Assembly (NCBI GenBank): GCA_002633005.1
Contig: NMRA01000121.1
Location: forward strand, 501,018 to 565,017
Length of the DNA: 64,000 nt
Direction of reading: 5' to 3'
From: Phoronis australis
Taxonomy: Eukaryota > Animalia > Phoronida
Shown: positions 38,426-50,960 of the stretch, one piece after another
Numbering within the stretch: the first letter of the stretch is position 1
Layout of the letters: every line of letters starts with the position of its first letter
Translations under genes and position numbers: made by a program
The notes under the pieces: generated by a model
Databases searched by the model: none
What the model was told of the DNA's origin: nothing
Seen by the model: only the letters and a program-made list of their open reading frames with translations

Positions 38426-40842
38426 CTGTTTGTGAGTAGGACAACAACCGAACGTGACGAGGTAGCAGACCTCTCAGACTTCTGACAGTTCAAAATAGTA
38501 TGATCACCGACACATACATGTATTGAGTGAAATTCTGCTGGCTTATGTTGATAGGAAATAGTTACTCTAAACACTTCGTCTAGTTAAAAGGATACCAAAC
38601 CCGGATTTGGCCTATTAAAATATACTAAAAACTATTTTCCCATCCAGCTCTCTGAAAACAACTAATCCTGTGTAACCCTTGATAGTCCTCAAAAGTTTCG
38701 AGAAAAAAATTAAAACTTCTTTCAAAGTTTGCAGATCGGCAAGCGTGACCTACGCTTTTAGCGAATTACACAACTGTTGGAAAAGACAACCCATCGAGTG
38801 CAGTAATATCCAATATGTGACGTAGGAGTATGAGTTTTTAGTTGATTCCCCTGCTTTTATTTTTCAAGATTGACGCCAATGATGCACAAGCATGAGGCAG
38901 AACGAAAATTGACGGGAATCATCAAAACGGGGTTTAGTATCCTATAAATGTAATTGTACAACACGGGGCTGTTGCATGCCATGCATGTTAAAAACGCGAA
39001 GCGACCGAACCTAAAGGCGTGCGGCAATCATGCAAATGATTGCCGAGTGCCGCAGATGGAAACCACAATTGTCACTGAAGAAACTGACCGTGTGGATCCA
39101 TAAAGTGAAGCAGACACGCCCACTTTTCGCCACGTCTGCAACTGAACTGAACGTCTCGTCTGCGGTTGGTGCAGCTGAACTCTGTTGGTCGCCACCATTT
39201 TAATATACGCAAAGGTTGCTCGGAGGGGATTTCCCAGCAACACGCCTTAAGGTGTTTTGCTTAACTGAGTGCGATAATCGGAGCAACTAAACGCACAGGT
39301 ATTCTCAACTCCGGTTACGTGTTGTGGGTATCACTTGCAGATTTAGTAAAATGAAAAAAGTACTCCAAGGTGCTCAAATTTCATTAATAAGATGCATGAC
39401 AATTCTAACATTCTGCTGATAAAAAACGCACTCCTGAACCCGGTTCTAAAATGGTAGTAACGGCAATTTTAATGAACTTACAGAGTTTATCTGATTATTC
39501 ATCTTACAGACATTGTCAGCAGGTCTTTGTATCTGTTAAGGTATTTAGTTTTTCATTTTAATTTTAACCAAATACAGTTTTAAAGTCGGGATCCGAAAGA
39601 GCGCCCCGAGCGAAAAACAGCTGATGGATTGTAGAAAGCAACTACTTTTTCAGAAACAAAAGCCGTCTTGAATACTAGGCATAACTGAACGCATATGCAA
39701 GCTACATGTATTAGACTAACATTCCAATAACGATGAAAACATACTTTGTCACTCCGCTAACACAAAAACAGCGATTGGCATGAACAATGACATTTTTGAA
39801 ACAACGTAATATCTTTATCGTGGCAAAACGAAAAAGTAAAAATTCAGTGTAAAAGTTCAAATTAGGGGCTGATGTTCGAGCTATGGAAGAATTGACAGTT
39901 CGCTTGAGTGAGGCTGTGCTTGTCGCGCTGATAAAGTGATACCCCGCGACAATCTAACTTATCAATCCTGATCTCAAGCAATAACGAACTGTCAGTTCAT
40001 CCCAAACCAAGGGTTCTCTAAATCGTGAGAGGAACAAAATTTATAGCGTTCGGGTTTTACCGGACAGTTCCAAGTAGCCTTTTTCAAATTTCGTTTATGT
40101 TTTACATACCGTAGGTATATGCAAGCACATGTGAAATAATGCATTTTTTAAAAAAAAGGTTTAACAAAGTGTTTCGCATGTAGGCCCATGTGCCAAAGTT
40201 CCACTTGCAAATGCAGGGGTGTCCTTTGTATAGGCGCGTGTCTTGCATTGGATATTCCATGCTACAGGTATAGTTTCTGTAGACGAGACAGTAGAGAACA
40301 CATGGACAGTAGTACTCAGTAGTAGTAGTAGTGTACAATACTGAAAACCGGTTAGAGTCGTATGATAATAATTCAAGTAATGAATTGTGCATAATTCTTG
40401 CCAGGAATGTCACAAAAATGCAAGTGAAGTAGTGTCGCTGTGTTAAGATAAAGAAGGTTTGTCTTTCCTGTTCGGGTTACTGTGTCAGTGTTCTGAGCTG
40501 GCCTAGTTTGTTGTGTGAAAATTGTGAGTAGATAGCACTTCCAAGGCCAGGTTTAGTAGAGGATTTTTTTCAAACACGTAATACTACGGCAAGCCCAATG
40601 TAAGTATGACATTGGTCGTTGGCATGTACGTTATTTCTCAATTTTAGGTGTGCGCGCAGCATTGCGTGTAGAATACGTATAGCTCTAACCTAGCTAGCAG
40701 GGAAACCCAGTGCCAAGTTTTCTTATGAGACCAGTAACCCGAGTTTTGCTCACTGCAGCCAGGAACTATCAGCCTTGGTTGGCGTCGCCACTTCAGATTT
40801 TGAGCCCGATCCCTTAGTGGGAGACGGTTAATATGCGTCTCA

Positions 40843-41105
40843 GATGTCCAATTCGGTTACGGCTGTCTACTGTTGTTTTAAATTTGCGCTTACACAGACG
40901 CGACAAAATTGTTTTTTCCTTCGTCTAACGAAAATACGTTTCAGCAACTTCGAATGAAAAAAAAATTTCCAACTATGAGTTATATTAATTTGAGAAAAGA
41001 AATTACGAAACTCAAAGCAGCTCTTTTGACGGAGAAACTTGACTATGCAACATAACCTACGATTGTGTACAGGCTACTTCAAAAAGGAACAGTTTCACAA
41101 CTAAG
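40843..41105 (+). pseudogene. Possible decayed THAP-domain remnant
   Basis: VYCC...FF...RLCTGYFKKG followed by a GTAAG donor; frameshifted. Confidence 0.3.
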
Positions 41106-41699
41106 GTAAGAAACCTTATTATAGTGTGCAAATGTCTGAATTGATGTGTTAGTATCACACCAAACAATTTTTTGAGAGAACTGGCCCTCGATTCGTAAGC
41201 TCCCAATCAACGTAGGATTTAAATTCCTGCCTCACAAGTAAGAGCCAGGATTACAATCCACATTGCAATCCTCTCTCTAAATACCCAGGTTGATACACAT
41301 GCCTTATTCTAGTAGATAATGGGTGCATGACCTGTCAGGTATGATACAGAGGGTTTGTATTGCTTATAACACCTGTGCTTACCTTTACCACACATACATG
41401 TATTCTCAGCATCCTGCAGAAGGCGATGTGAAACCATATTAAGTGTACTGTGTTGCTTAAAATGTTTTCCCTTTAAGCTGCATTTCTGATTTTCTTTAGA
41501 AATTGCCTTGCAATTGTCTCTGCTTTCATTACGTACACAGTATACTGACAATTCATTACTGCTTCCATGAACTTATGATAACGGTGAACTTCTGGGTTCC
41601 AGTGTGTAACATTGCAATTGTTGTAAAAGGTACTTATGTATTTGTTCGTTTGAGATGAGCGTTTACATGAGCTACAATTTTAGTTTAGATTTCCCTGTT

Positions 41700-42275
41700 T
41701 CTCAAAAAGAGTTTTATTAATACATCTTAAGGGATTTAATAGCCTTCAGTACACCTGTTGCTAAGAAACAAGTCATTTCTTAAAATATTTTTTCTGTTGT
41801 CAGTATTATAATATAAGTAATGGGTGGAAAACAATCTCCGCCATTGTTGTTTTTACGAGTGCGATACTGAGCAGTTGTGAGGAAAGAGCCAGGAGAGCCG
41901 CCTCTTCAGACATAAAAGGTTCTTTGTAGAGGGTGCAGTAACAGCAACTTGACCGAGAACGTCTCTGTGTTCAAATTTCCTAAATACGTGAAAGTTGCGC
42001 AGAAATGGCATCAGTTTGTGCGCCGCATCAGAGTGTGAATTGTCAATGTGGAACATTTCGGTAGCCATCATTTGTTCGGCACATTTCAAGGAATCGTGTT
42101 TCAACCAAACACAAAAGCGGCGTTACGATGAAGGAGTCGCCCCCTTTTAGGTGTAATAGCAAATTTTCCAAGTAACGAACAAACTGCTTTCGTTCTAGGA
42201 CGAGTGATCGACCCCGGCCCAGATCGAGTGCTATACATTATGTTTAGACCGGGCTCATTCCGTTATGGCAATGGT
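41700..42275 (+). mobile_element. Kolobok-like family B, second (inverted, degenerate) copy
   Basis: Reverse-complement similarity to 19870-20450, including the THAP CSAHFKESCF segment; termini not recognisable. Confidence 0.75.
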
Positions 42276-42589
42276 GAATATAAGTGACCCAGGTTTACTG
42301 TGGCCTTGGTCAGTGATTATTAATTGTCGGTTTTGCGTAATAATTTACCAGTTCTCGCTCAAAATCGTCCTCGTCTTCTGATCTGCTGTGTCACGAGACC
42401 AAACGTCTTCCACCAAATACATCATTTAGCGGGAAACTTGAAAATAAATAACTATTGTTTCTTCAAAATCAAACAAATTTAGACTATTTAGCATAAAAAG
42501 TGTTTATTTAGTTAGATTTCATAGTATTTATTTCATTATTTTAGCTACCTAAACCTTAAAAACTAAGAAAATGCATGGCGGGAACTTTT

Positions 42590-43396
42590 TAATGGCCAGG
42601 GTGTTGTATTGGTGTCAGTGACTTCACAGACAATGGTCAACAGCAACAGGGCTCGATATGGCGACCAGAAGCTCTTCAATGTGACTTCAGATTGTGTTTG
42701 GCGACCTGGAAAAATCCCAAGTCGCCATAAAGTCTCCACAGTATCTGAAATTTGTTTCAAAATATGGGTAGACTTCCAAACATTGAATTAATTCTTTCCT
42801 AGATTCAATACCTTTGGATCACCATTGTTTCGTTTATTTCCTGAAATCAATGCATTTGTCACCCTCAGCCGTCAGTACACATCAAACGCTCTCATACAAT
42901 TGCCGATTTGTCACGGAAAGTTAAGAAATCGTGAAAAAATCGGCAATTGCCGTTCATCCGTAACTCATCGGATAATTCCTTATGGCCCTTGACCTTCCCG
43001 GGACCAAGGAGTTGCTCCCGACGGGCTTTTTGGGTGAGATTTTTGTACTTTGACCTCGAATTTCTTGCGAACTCGGTAAAGCAGGACACCGTAAAAGGTA
43101 TTAGGAGAAAGAACAATTCCTCATGGTTTGTTGAACGTCTGTTTTGTGTAAATTCATTGAGTTTTGAGTTTTGTGTTTGCTATGGACGGCTGAAGTGAAG
43201 CACTCGTGGAATTTCTAGTCCGGAGTGTCATACCTTGTAGTATTATATAATGTATTGTGAACGATCAGAAGCTTCATACATTCAGTCAGCGACCACGACG
43301 CACACCAAATAAACGCGTGGACGGAAAACGCATCTGCGTAAAGAAAAAAAATAAATGTGGTTTTCAAAACTTTCAGAGTCGTGTGTTGTCAGGGCC
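42590..43396 (-). mobile_element. Degenerate PIF/Harbinger-like transposon relic
   Basis: KELSDELR...FHDFL and TIVCEVT resemble Harbinger transposase N-terminal motifs; GTGGACGGAAAACG...GGGCC end motif. Confidence 0.4.
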
Positions 43397-43912
43397 ATAC
43401 ATTGATCAACCGAGGCCAAGTACAAAGCATGATGCCTTCAAAAGTTAGATAAACAAAATTTACGGCATACCGATTACAGGGTACACACACTCGGAGGACG
43501 TTCTTGGGAGTAAGTGTGTTGTAATATCGGTTGAATTAAACGTAATAACTGGGAGTAGCACGTACGCTTACAATAAGCCATTCACATTTATTTATCTGAT
43601 GACAATTCTTCCTCTGCTTTGAAAATCACGCCACCAGATAACTGCTTTTATGCCATGAGACTACGCGATCACCCATTATGCAATGATGCCAATCCAGTGT
43701 GTCCCTATACATTGGCATATTGTAAAGTGTGAAGGAGAAATTCAACCGCATTTCCGAGATAAGATGTCTGTCTTCGGCGAGACATTGACCACTTATCTCT
43801 TCCTGCTAATACCGACGTTATCACTTTGAAGGATCAATGCTTGGATATGGTGACGTGGTGTCCTGGCGTGAAAAGTTCCTGACAAGGTAAATTTTTGGAC
43901 CTGACTTACTAA

Positions 43913-45228
43913 AGGAGAAGTCCACCGAAAAAAGAAAATATTTTTTATCAAATTAGATCGAGTAGTTCCACTCGATAACAGCAAGTTCAGTTGTTTTACC
44001 TGACACCTGACGGCAGACGGAGGTGTTGAAATTAACCAATGACGTAATCGGTTCGAACGCGGCAGTCTGTTCAGCCGTTCACAAACAGTTACTGGTGTCG
44101 CCTTATCGCTTGAATGCTTCTTTTTACACCAATAAATCAACAAATTTCGATGTAAAACCCTTACAAATACATCGAGTTTTTAAAAAGACGTATTGTTTTA
44201 TTTCACTGTTACGGATTTATAGGTATTTGAACGTACGGTACGTAGCCTACAGAGTTCGGTCATGGAGTGCAGACTCCTAGGTTCGGTAGGCCAAGTTATC
44301 ATGGTCGATCGCGGGAGTTTGGGTCTGTTTAGTGATAAATTCGAATCATTCTTCCGTGAAATGCAGACATGAAAGATAGCTGCGTGCTGTACTTTTAGAC
44401 TTGCGATTTTTTTCAGTTCTAAACACACAAAACGCTTGTTATCCCAGTCAGTGCCTCGGAACCCGATCAGGCCCGTCGCACGATCATAAACCCGCTTAAG
44501 TTGGAAACTAAGCCTGCAATCACGAAATGACTATACTAGTGAGCCAAAGAAATAATGTGCACGTAATTATTTTGGTGAATTAGCCACGAAACTTCAAATC
44601 TACTTACTTGTCGAGGGCCGCGAAGTCAAGTTGCCCTTTTACAGAACCGTGAGGGAAAAAGTTGTACAGTAACAATGATGTAAATAACGTATGTGTACAT
44701 GTATATCTTAATATCTAACATGTGACCATATGGCATATAAAAAGAGTTATTGTTGTACAACAGCTTTCTGTCAGCAAACACTGAATTAGCATGCGCTCAC
44801 ACGGCCTCGGTGCCCGGTCAATTACCTTTATTGCATCTGAAGCCGGTAACGCAGTGGTTTATTCATTGCTGGCTTCTCAAAACATTTGCACTTACGAATA
44901 CTCCAAAGGCATTACAAATCGTATCTAATAAGACAAACTTTGTTTCAGTTTTTTACAAGCATTGGTTAGGGTGAAAATAATTCATTTTGAAACAGAACAC
45001 AGAATAATAAACGTAAACATGGCAACTCGCAATCCCGTCTTGGACGAGAGCTCATCCAACGAAGACTTCGCAAGTGTATCGTTTAGTTTCACAGGCAATC
45101 AGTTCGAACCGGAATACAGTGATCAAGAAATACTAGAGAGGCGCCGTGAACATGCACAGGCTTCTTTGATAAGCCGGCATTCGTCAGACTCACTGTCGAC
45201 GACTGCCGGCCACATACACGGAGATGTT
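43913..45228 (-). mobile_element. Kolobok-like family A, copy 2; right part replaced by a Penelope-like element
   Basis: Left end AGGAGAAGTCCACCG; colinear with copies 1 and 3 up to ...CACGGAGATGTT. Confidence 0.88.
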
Positions 45229-46656
45229 CCTCTACGGCCGATAATATCCCAAGTCCTGACGCCCACGTACAAGACAGCGAAGCATCTTGATAAAATCATA
45301 AAGCCGTACATTCAGAGCCGTTACTCCATTAAATGTCGTGAGGATTTTATTGACATTTTGCGCACACAAGTGCCATCCCCCCACTACCAACCTATGTCGC
45401 TTGACGCTGAGTCTTTGTTCACCAACGTGCCGGTGGATGAGACCATTACTATCATTTTGGATAATGTATACCGTCACCCACATTTAAAGCCACCTGACAT
45501 TTCACCTACTCATTTGAGAGAGTTGTTAACCATCTGCACAACCAAAGTACCATTTCGCCATATAAATGGGAAATTGTTTTTGCAAAAAGATGGTGTGAGC
45601 ATGGGCTCTCCTCTGGGTCCCACTTTCTCGGAATTTTATATGTCTGAAGTGGAAAAGAGGGCTAGCAATGTGATTGGTGGTATTCCTATCTATGTACGTT
45701 ATGTAGATGATATTTTTGTTTATTGTGCCTTTGATGACTTGTTATCAGTACGTGATGAACTTGAGCGCCACTCTGTATTGAAGTTTACCCACGAGCTTCC
45801 TGTAAATGACAAGATTCCGTTTTTGGACGTTCTTGTGAACCATTCTCCGTCTGAATTTTCTACATCAGTTTACCACAAGCCCACTGATAAAGGTTTCTGT
45901 CTCCACGCCAAAAGTGAGTGCCCTGAGCGGTATAAGGTCGCCGTTGTGGTCAACTTCCTAAAGAGGGCGTATTCGGTGTCGTCTAACTGGCTATTGTTCA
46001 ATCAAGAGGTAGATCGCATAAGACAAACACTGGTGAATAATGGGTATACCAATGCTTTCGTGGACTTCCATATTAAGCGATTTATGTCCACAATTAGCTA
46101 TGAAGTCCCTGCACGTCGGACTGGTGTCACCAAAAAGATATTTTACAAAAATGTCATGTCTAATAATTACCTCCAGGACGAACACGCCATTAAGAAAATC
46201 ATAAGGGACAACGTTAAAGTTTGTAAGCCTGATGATTACCTTGATGTTATTATTTATTATCGGAATAGGAAGTCCTCCAACTTGGTCATGAAAAATAACA
46301 TTTCTAAAGCGAAAGTCCGCCCCGTTGCACAGTGTAGTGTTGTTTATGAATTTGTATGCCCTATGAATGAATGTCTTCGTTCAAACGTCAAACAATGTTA
46401 CATTGGTCAAACGGTTTGCAGTCTTTCCCGTCGGTTATCCATGCATCTTCAAAATGGCGCCATTCAAGATCATTTTCTGCAATACCACGCACGTAAAATC
46501 ACCCGTCAAGAAATTGTGGAAAACACGTCAATTCGCTACGTGGAGCAAGATGTGCTGCGTTTGAAAGTATTAGAGTCCCTTTTAATTGCTTTTGAGAAGC
46601 CTATTTTGAATGAGCAGCAAACAGGGTCGCGCCGCACGTTACACTTGTTTGCGTGA
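45019..46656 (+). CDS. Penelope-like reverse transcriptase + GIY-YIG endonuclease ORF (probably Naiad-type) with a chimeric N-terminus
   Basis: PLRPIIS, SLDAESLFTNVP, GVSMGSPLGP, YVDD, PFLDV; VVYEFVCP...C...YIGQT...LSRRLSMH, LESLLI...PILNEQ; no stops. Confidence 0.93.
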   Translation: MATRNPVLDESSSNEDFASVSFSFTGNQFEPEYSDQEILERRREHAQASLISRHSSDSLSTTAGHIHGDVPLRPIISQVLTPTYKTAKHLDKIIKPYIQSRYSIKCREDFIDILRTQVPSPHYQPMSLDAESLFTNVPVDETITIILDNVYRHPHLKPPDISPTHLRELLTICTTKVPFRHINGKLFLQKDGVSMGSPLGPTFSEFYMSEVEKRASNVIGGIPIYVRYVDDIFVYCAFDDLLSVRDELERHSVLKFTHELPVNDKIPFLDVLVNHSPSEFSTSVYHKPTDKGFCLHAKSECPERYKVAVVVNFLKRAYSVSSNWLLFNQEVDRIRQTLVNNGYTNAFVDFHIKRFMSTISYEVPARRTGVTKKIFYKNVMSNNYLQDEHAIKKIIRDNVKVCKPDDYLDVIIYYRNRKSSNLVMKNNISKAKVRPVAQCSVVYEFVCPMNECLRSNVKQCYIGQTVCSLSRRLSMHLQNGAIQDHFLQYHARKITRQEIVENTSIRYVEQDVLRLKVLESLLIAFEKPILNEQQTGSRRTLHLFA

Positions 46657-46819
46657 CTTTCCTGTTACCCTAATTCTTTAGTCATTCTTTGCAGTATTTC
46701 ACACCCGCCGTGTCTCACTGTGTGTGTCGTCAGCTTATACTCTGTGGTGGCATTACTGCGTCATTTTATCTTCACTTGAGAATGAAACAAGTATGTTTCG
46801 AAATATCGTGTGTCTTTTT
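45226..46819 (+). mobile_element. 5'-truncated Penelope-like retroelement with 3' pLTR
   Basis: RT-EN ORF begins at VPLRPII; hammerhead-like motif ~120 nt after the stop; ends at the assembly gap. Confidence 0.92.
46773..46810 (+). ncRNA. Minimal hammerhead ribozyme variant (U3-A8)
   Basis: CAC-UUGAGAA-U-GAAAC(aaguau)GUUUC-GAAA-UA-UC-GUG: stem I CAC/GUG, perfect 5-bp stem II, AUC triplet. Confidence 0.7.
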
Positions 46820-46851
46820 NNNNNNNNNNNNNNNNNNNNNNNNNNNNNNNN
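46820..46851. other. Assembly gap
   Basis: Run of N between the PLE and the Bel/Pao element. Confidence 1.
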
Positions 46852-48314
46852 TCAATGAAATCAGTTAAATCTGAGAACTTTGGCTCTACACCTTGTTTAT
46901 CCATGATACCACTAGCATGCTCTGCCCACTTAGCTTGCATATGAAATGGCAAACGCTTCACAATTTTGATCAAAGTGTCTGAGCAATTCAAATCTGACTC
47001 ATAATTCATTTGTTCCAGAGTGAGCATGCCTCTCCTCATGAGCACAGCTAAGTCTGAGAGAGCTACACTGTTAGAACCATCAATGACTGGACCTTGGGTC
47101 ACCTGTTTAATAAACGCATGAGCTATAACATGTTTTTGACCAAAATTATCATACAACATCGCTTTTGCTTTTCTGTAGGCTAGCTCTGAGTTACCAAAAA
47201 TAGAGCAGTTTTCAATACACTGTCTAGCTTTCCCTTTACACTGTTGCAAAAGATACATTAGCTTAGACTGACTATCACTAACTCTAGATTCAATATTAGC
47301 CTCGAAATTTCGAATAAAAGACCAATACTCAGTTGGATTGCCATCAAATGTAAGCAGTTCTTTTTTCGGCATTTCAAACCCTTCTCTCAAAGTTTCCGCG
47401 AGCTGCTTCATAACTTCCGGTAAACCAGGATACGACCGCGGTGACTCTTGCGGGAAACTAGGGAACCGCGCTGCACCAGCATTCGGCTCTGCACGGGTTC
47501 TGGGAGTGCTAGTATGCTTAGCACCAGCGGCAAACGGAGTATTCATTGGCGAGACTTCATCATCGGCGGCCAACGTGGCTTCTTGAAGCTGCATTTCCAT
47601 TCGAAGCATTTCCTCACGCCTACGTAATTCAGACTCTGCCTCCATCTGTTTCAGTGCTTCACGCTCTCTCTCTCTATTTCATGAAGCTGCTGCATTTGCT
47701 TTAATTTCAGTTGCGCAAGTGCTTTCCTAGAGTAGACCTCCTTCATATTTTTTGACAATTCCTCGTCACCATACAGGTCATTTTTCACACTCTCCATCAC
47801 ACTCTCTCTTTCGGCTTCAGCCATCTCACAGTTAAGAGCTTATTGAGAACCAATGTGAGTTCTTCTCTGTTTCAGTTCTAAAAATAAAAAACAAAATGCA
47901 TAGCAAACCTCACAGATACAGACAAAATGCAAATTCGGAAATACCAAATACGAAAACACCATGAAAAATACCTCAATACTGCCGCTCCCTGGCTCTCCTC
48001 ACTGACGCCAAATATGCACTGCCACAATGTAAGTAAATCGAGTCATCGCACAACACTTATACTGAAATGAGGGTCAGGTCATATGCAAATTACATTCAGT
48101 CCCATTCAGTCATGAATATACACGTGACCATGAGCCACCCGGAGCAAACAAACGTGAAGTATCTTACACCCACAATGCAAGTGACAAGCTCTTAGATAAC
48201 TTCCTGCTCGTTAACCCTTGCCCTTGCCAAGATCCTCTCTAAAATCTTCCACGACATGGCTCTGTTGTACAATTTTCTCTGTACACTGTAGCAAGTCTTT
48301 ATGCTCCAACTACA
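46852..48314 (-). mobile_element. Bel/Pao LTR retrotransposon 5' part (gag, DUF1759-like, plus candidate LTR ~47854-48314)
   Basis: PKKELLTFDGNPTEYWSFIRNFE...KLMYLLQQCKGKA...IVKRLP...W is typical Bel/Pao gag; candidate LTR TGT...ACA followed by TGG; frameshifted upstream of 47645. Confidence 0.85.
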
Positions 48315-49119
48315 ATAGCTCATCTCAATATCCTTTTAATTTTAGCCCATATTATAATAGTCTACTTATTTAGCGACTGGCTAATAAAAACTACATGATC
48401 TTGTCTAATAATATCTTCTGTACTTGTCGAGCATTCCCCGGTAATAAAACACTTGAAGTCGTAAAATATCTAGCGTTGTATTGTGATTTTTACGCAATTC
48501 TGTTGTAACATTTCAGTTTCTTTGTTTGTTGAGACCTTTTTATACATAATGTATCAAAAGTCACACATCTAGAGTTCGAAATTATTTAACATTTGATTTT
48601 ACCACACCGTCAGCAATTCAACATAAAGTTTACTTTGGTGTATTTTCACGATTCAATTTTACCATCTTTCAATAGTTGAACGAAAGTTTGATAAACCGAT
48701 GTCAAGACCGGAGTGGCCACTGGAGAACGAACAGCGAACAGTTAAATGTTTGGTAATTGCCGACCAACTAAGGATGCGCATAATCCGATGGTCGTCTATG
48801 CTAGGCGACCACTTTGCCGATCCAAATGCCAACCACAGAGGCGACCGCAGAGGGGACTCAGCAGACGGCTCCTAGCAGACCGTTGTTGGTCGGCTGCTGG
48901 AGATCGACCAGTCGTCGACCAATTTCCGACAGGGCGGACAAAAAATCGTGATGTGTGCTGTACATGTCGCCTATTCGAAAATCGAATTAGGTCTTTGTTG
49001 TCGTAAAATTGGCCTTTTATTAGTCCTTACCATGTTCTGATAGTATTCGCGTTACCAACAAGGACGTCGAAATCATCAGCGACTCAACAAAATAGTTCAG
49101 ATTTGATAGAGGTTGGCCA

Positions 49120-49258
49120 TCCGATCCCTATAAATTGCGGATTTGAAATTGACGCCTAGTATTAGTACGCATTGCTTGTGACTTGAGTTGCCAGCTCACT
49201 GGGCAACAGTTCAAGATCAGATGAGCATGATTAAATTTTAATCCCCTAAACGCTTCGA
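49120..49258 (+). repeat. Dispersed repeat hosting Kolobok-like insertions (paralog at 57600-57760)
   Basis: Shared TGGCCA..AAATTGCGG..CATTGC.TGTGACTTGA..TTCAAG..GATGAGC..CTTCG; continues after 50964. Confidence 0.7.
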
Positions 49259-49262
49259 TTAA

Positions 49263-50960
49263 AGGAGAATGCCACCGAAAAAACAACCTATTTTGTATCA
49301 ATTTAGATCGAATAGTTCTACTCGGTAACGAAAGGTTCGGTTGCGTTACCTGACACCTGACGGCAGACGGAGGTGTTGAAATTATACAATGACGTAATTG
49401 GATTCAGGCTCAGTCTGTTCAGCAGTTCACAACACTGGTTAGTGGTGTCAGCTTATCGCTTGAATTCATCGTTTAACACCAATAAATCATTAAACTTCGA
49501 TGTAAAACCCTTAAAAATACACCGAGTTCTTATTAAAACGCGTTGTTTTATTTCGCTGTTACGTATTTCGTGGGATTTGGACACACCCTAGCCTACAAAG
49601 TTCGGCAGGCCAATAAGGTCCGTAGCAGGAGTTTGGGGTCTGTTCGGAGATAAATTCGAAGTATTCTGATGTGAAATACAGACAGGAGAACGTAGATCTG
49701 TGTTGTGTTGTTGTGATTTTTGAGTTCTAAATACACAAAACGCTTGTTATCCCTGCAGTGGCTCGGAAACCGACCCGTCGCGGCCGGACTGACGGCTCGT
49801 AACCCCGGCCAGTGGCTCGGAGCCCGATAAGGCCCGTCACGGCCGCCGGGATTGGCACGAACATAAACCCAGCTTGAGTTGGAAACTAAACCTCCAGCCA
49901 CGAAGAGACTATATAATAGTGAGCCAAAGAAATAATGTGCACGTAATTATTTATGTGAATTAGCCACGAAACTGAACTTTACTTGACGGGGGCCGCCAAA
50001 GTCGGGTTCCCCTTCCACAGACCGTCAGAGCAAAGGTTGTACAGTAACAATGATTTGAATAACGTTTTTTTTCTAAATAAAGATTCCCCTAACATGTAAC
50101 AATAGCATATGAAATCGAGTAATTGTTTCACAACAGCAAACATTGAATTAGCGTGCGCTCACACGGCCTCGGTGCCCGGTCAATTACCTTTGTTGCCGGC
50201 ATCAAAAGCCTGTAACGCAGTGGTTTATTCATTGCTGGCTTTTCACAACATTTGAACTCATGAGCACTCGAAGGCATTACAACTTGTATCTAATGAGACA
50301 GGCTTTGTGTCAGTTACATAAAAGCATTGGTTAGGGTCATTTTAGGATGAGAATAATTCATTTTGAAACAGAACGCACAATAATAAATGTCTACATGGCA
50401 ACTCGCCCGGCGCCAATCCCGACTTAGTCAAGAGCTCATCTGACGAAGACTTCACGGGTCGGATCGTTAGTTTTCTCAGCCTATCAGTTCGAACCAGAAT
50501 ACACTGATCAAGAAATACTAGAGAGGCGCCGTGAACTTGCATAGGCAACGGAACGCATGGATAATTCTTTGGTGAGCCGGAATTCGTCAGAGAAGCGACG
50601 AAATGCCGGCCACAGATACGGAGATGTTTCACGGCCTCACGCTTGCTAATAACAGCATACCTTTCATTCTTCACTAGCGCGAGCCACTTTCTAAGTATTT
50701 CGGGCTCTCGAGGAAGGCGAAAAAACGATATACCCGTTTTCTTCGCATCTTCATAATTCGGACAAGGGGGAACCGATGCACCACAATATAGCAGCATTCA
50801 CTCTGCAGACGAACAACTGACGTCGCTGCGTCGCTTCTCACCTTCCTCACAGATTAACGCGACAAGTCTCGGCAAGGTGAGGTCGACCGTATAAGAGGCA
50901 ATGTGGATATAGACCGATTAAGACGGTAAAAAGACTAATTAAATCGGGTGGCATTCTCCT
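49263..50960 (-). mobile_element. Kolobok-like family A, copy 3 (both ends, 1698 bp)
   Basis: TTAA TSD; perfect 14-bp TIR AGGAGAATGCCACC; THAP ORF 50797 leftwards (C..P.C.N...FFRLP...RKW...ICGRHF). Confidence 0.92.

Noticed and set aside
40161-40376. Hydrophobic LLLLL stretch as the astacin signal peptide
   Set aside because: Arises from a short CTA repeat; no in-frame ATG or good donor found
46657-46772. SECIS/selenoprotein feature, as known for some Naiad PLEs
   Set aside because: No in-frame TGA in the ORF and no convincing SECIS fold by eye
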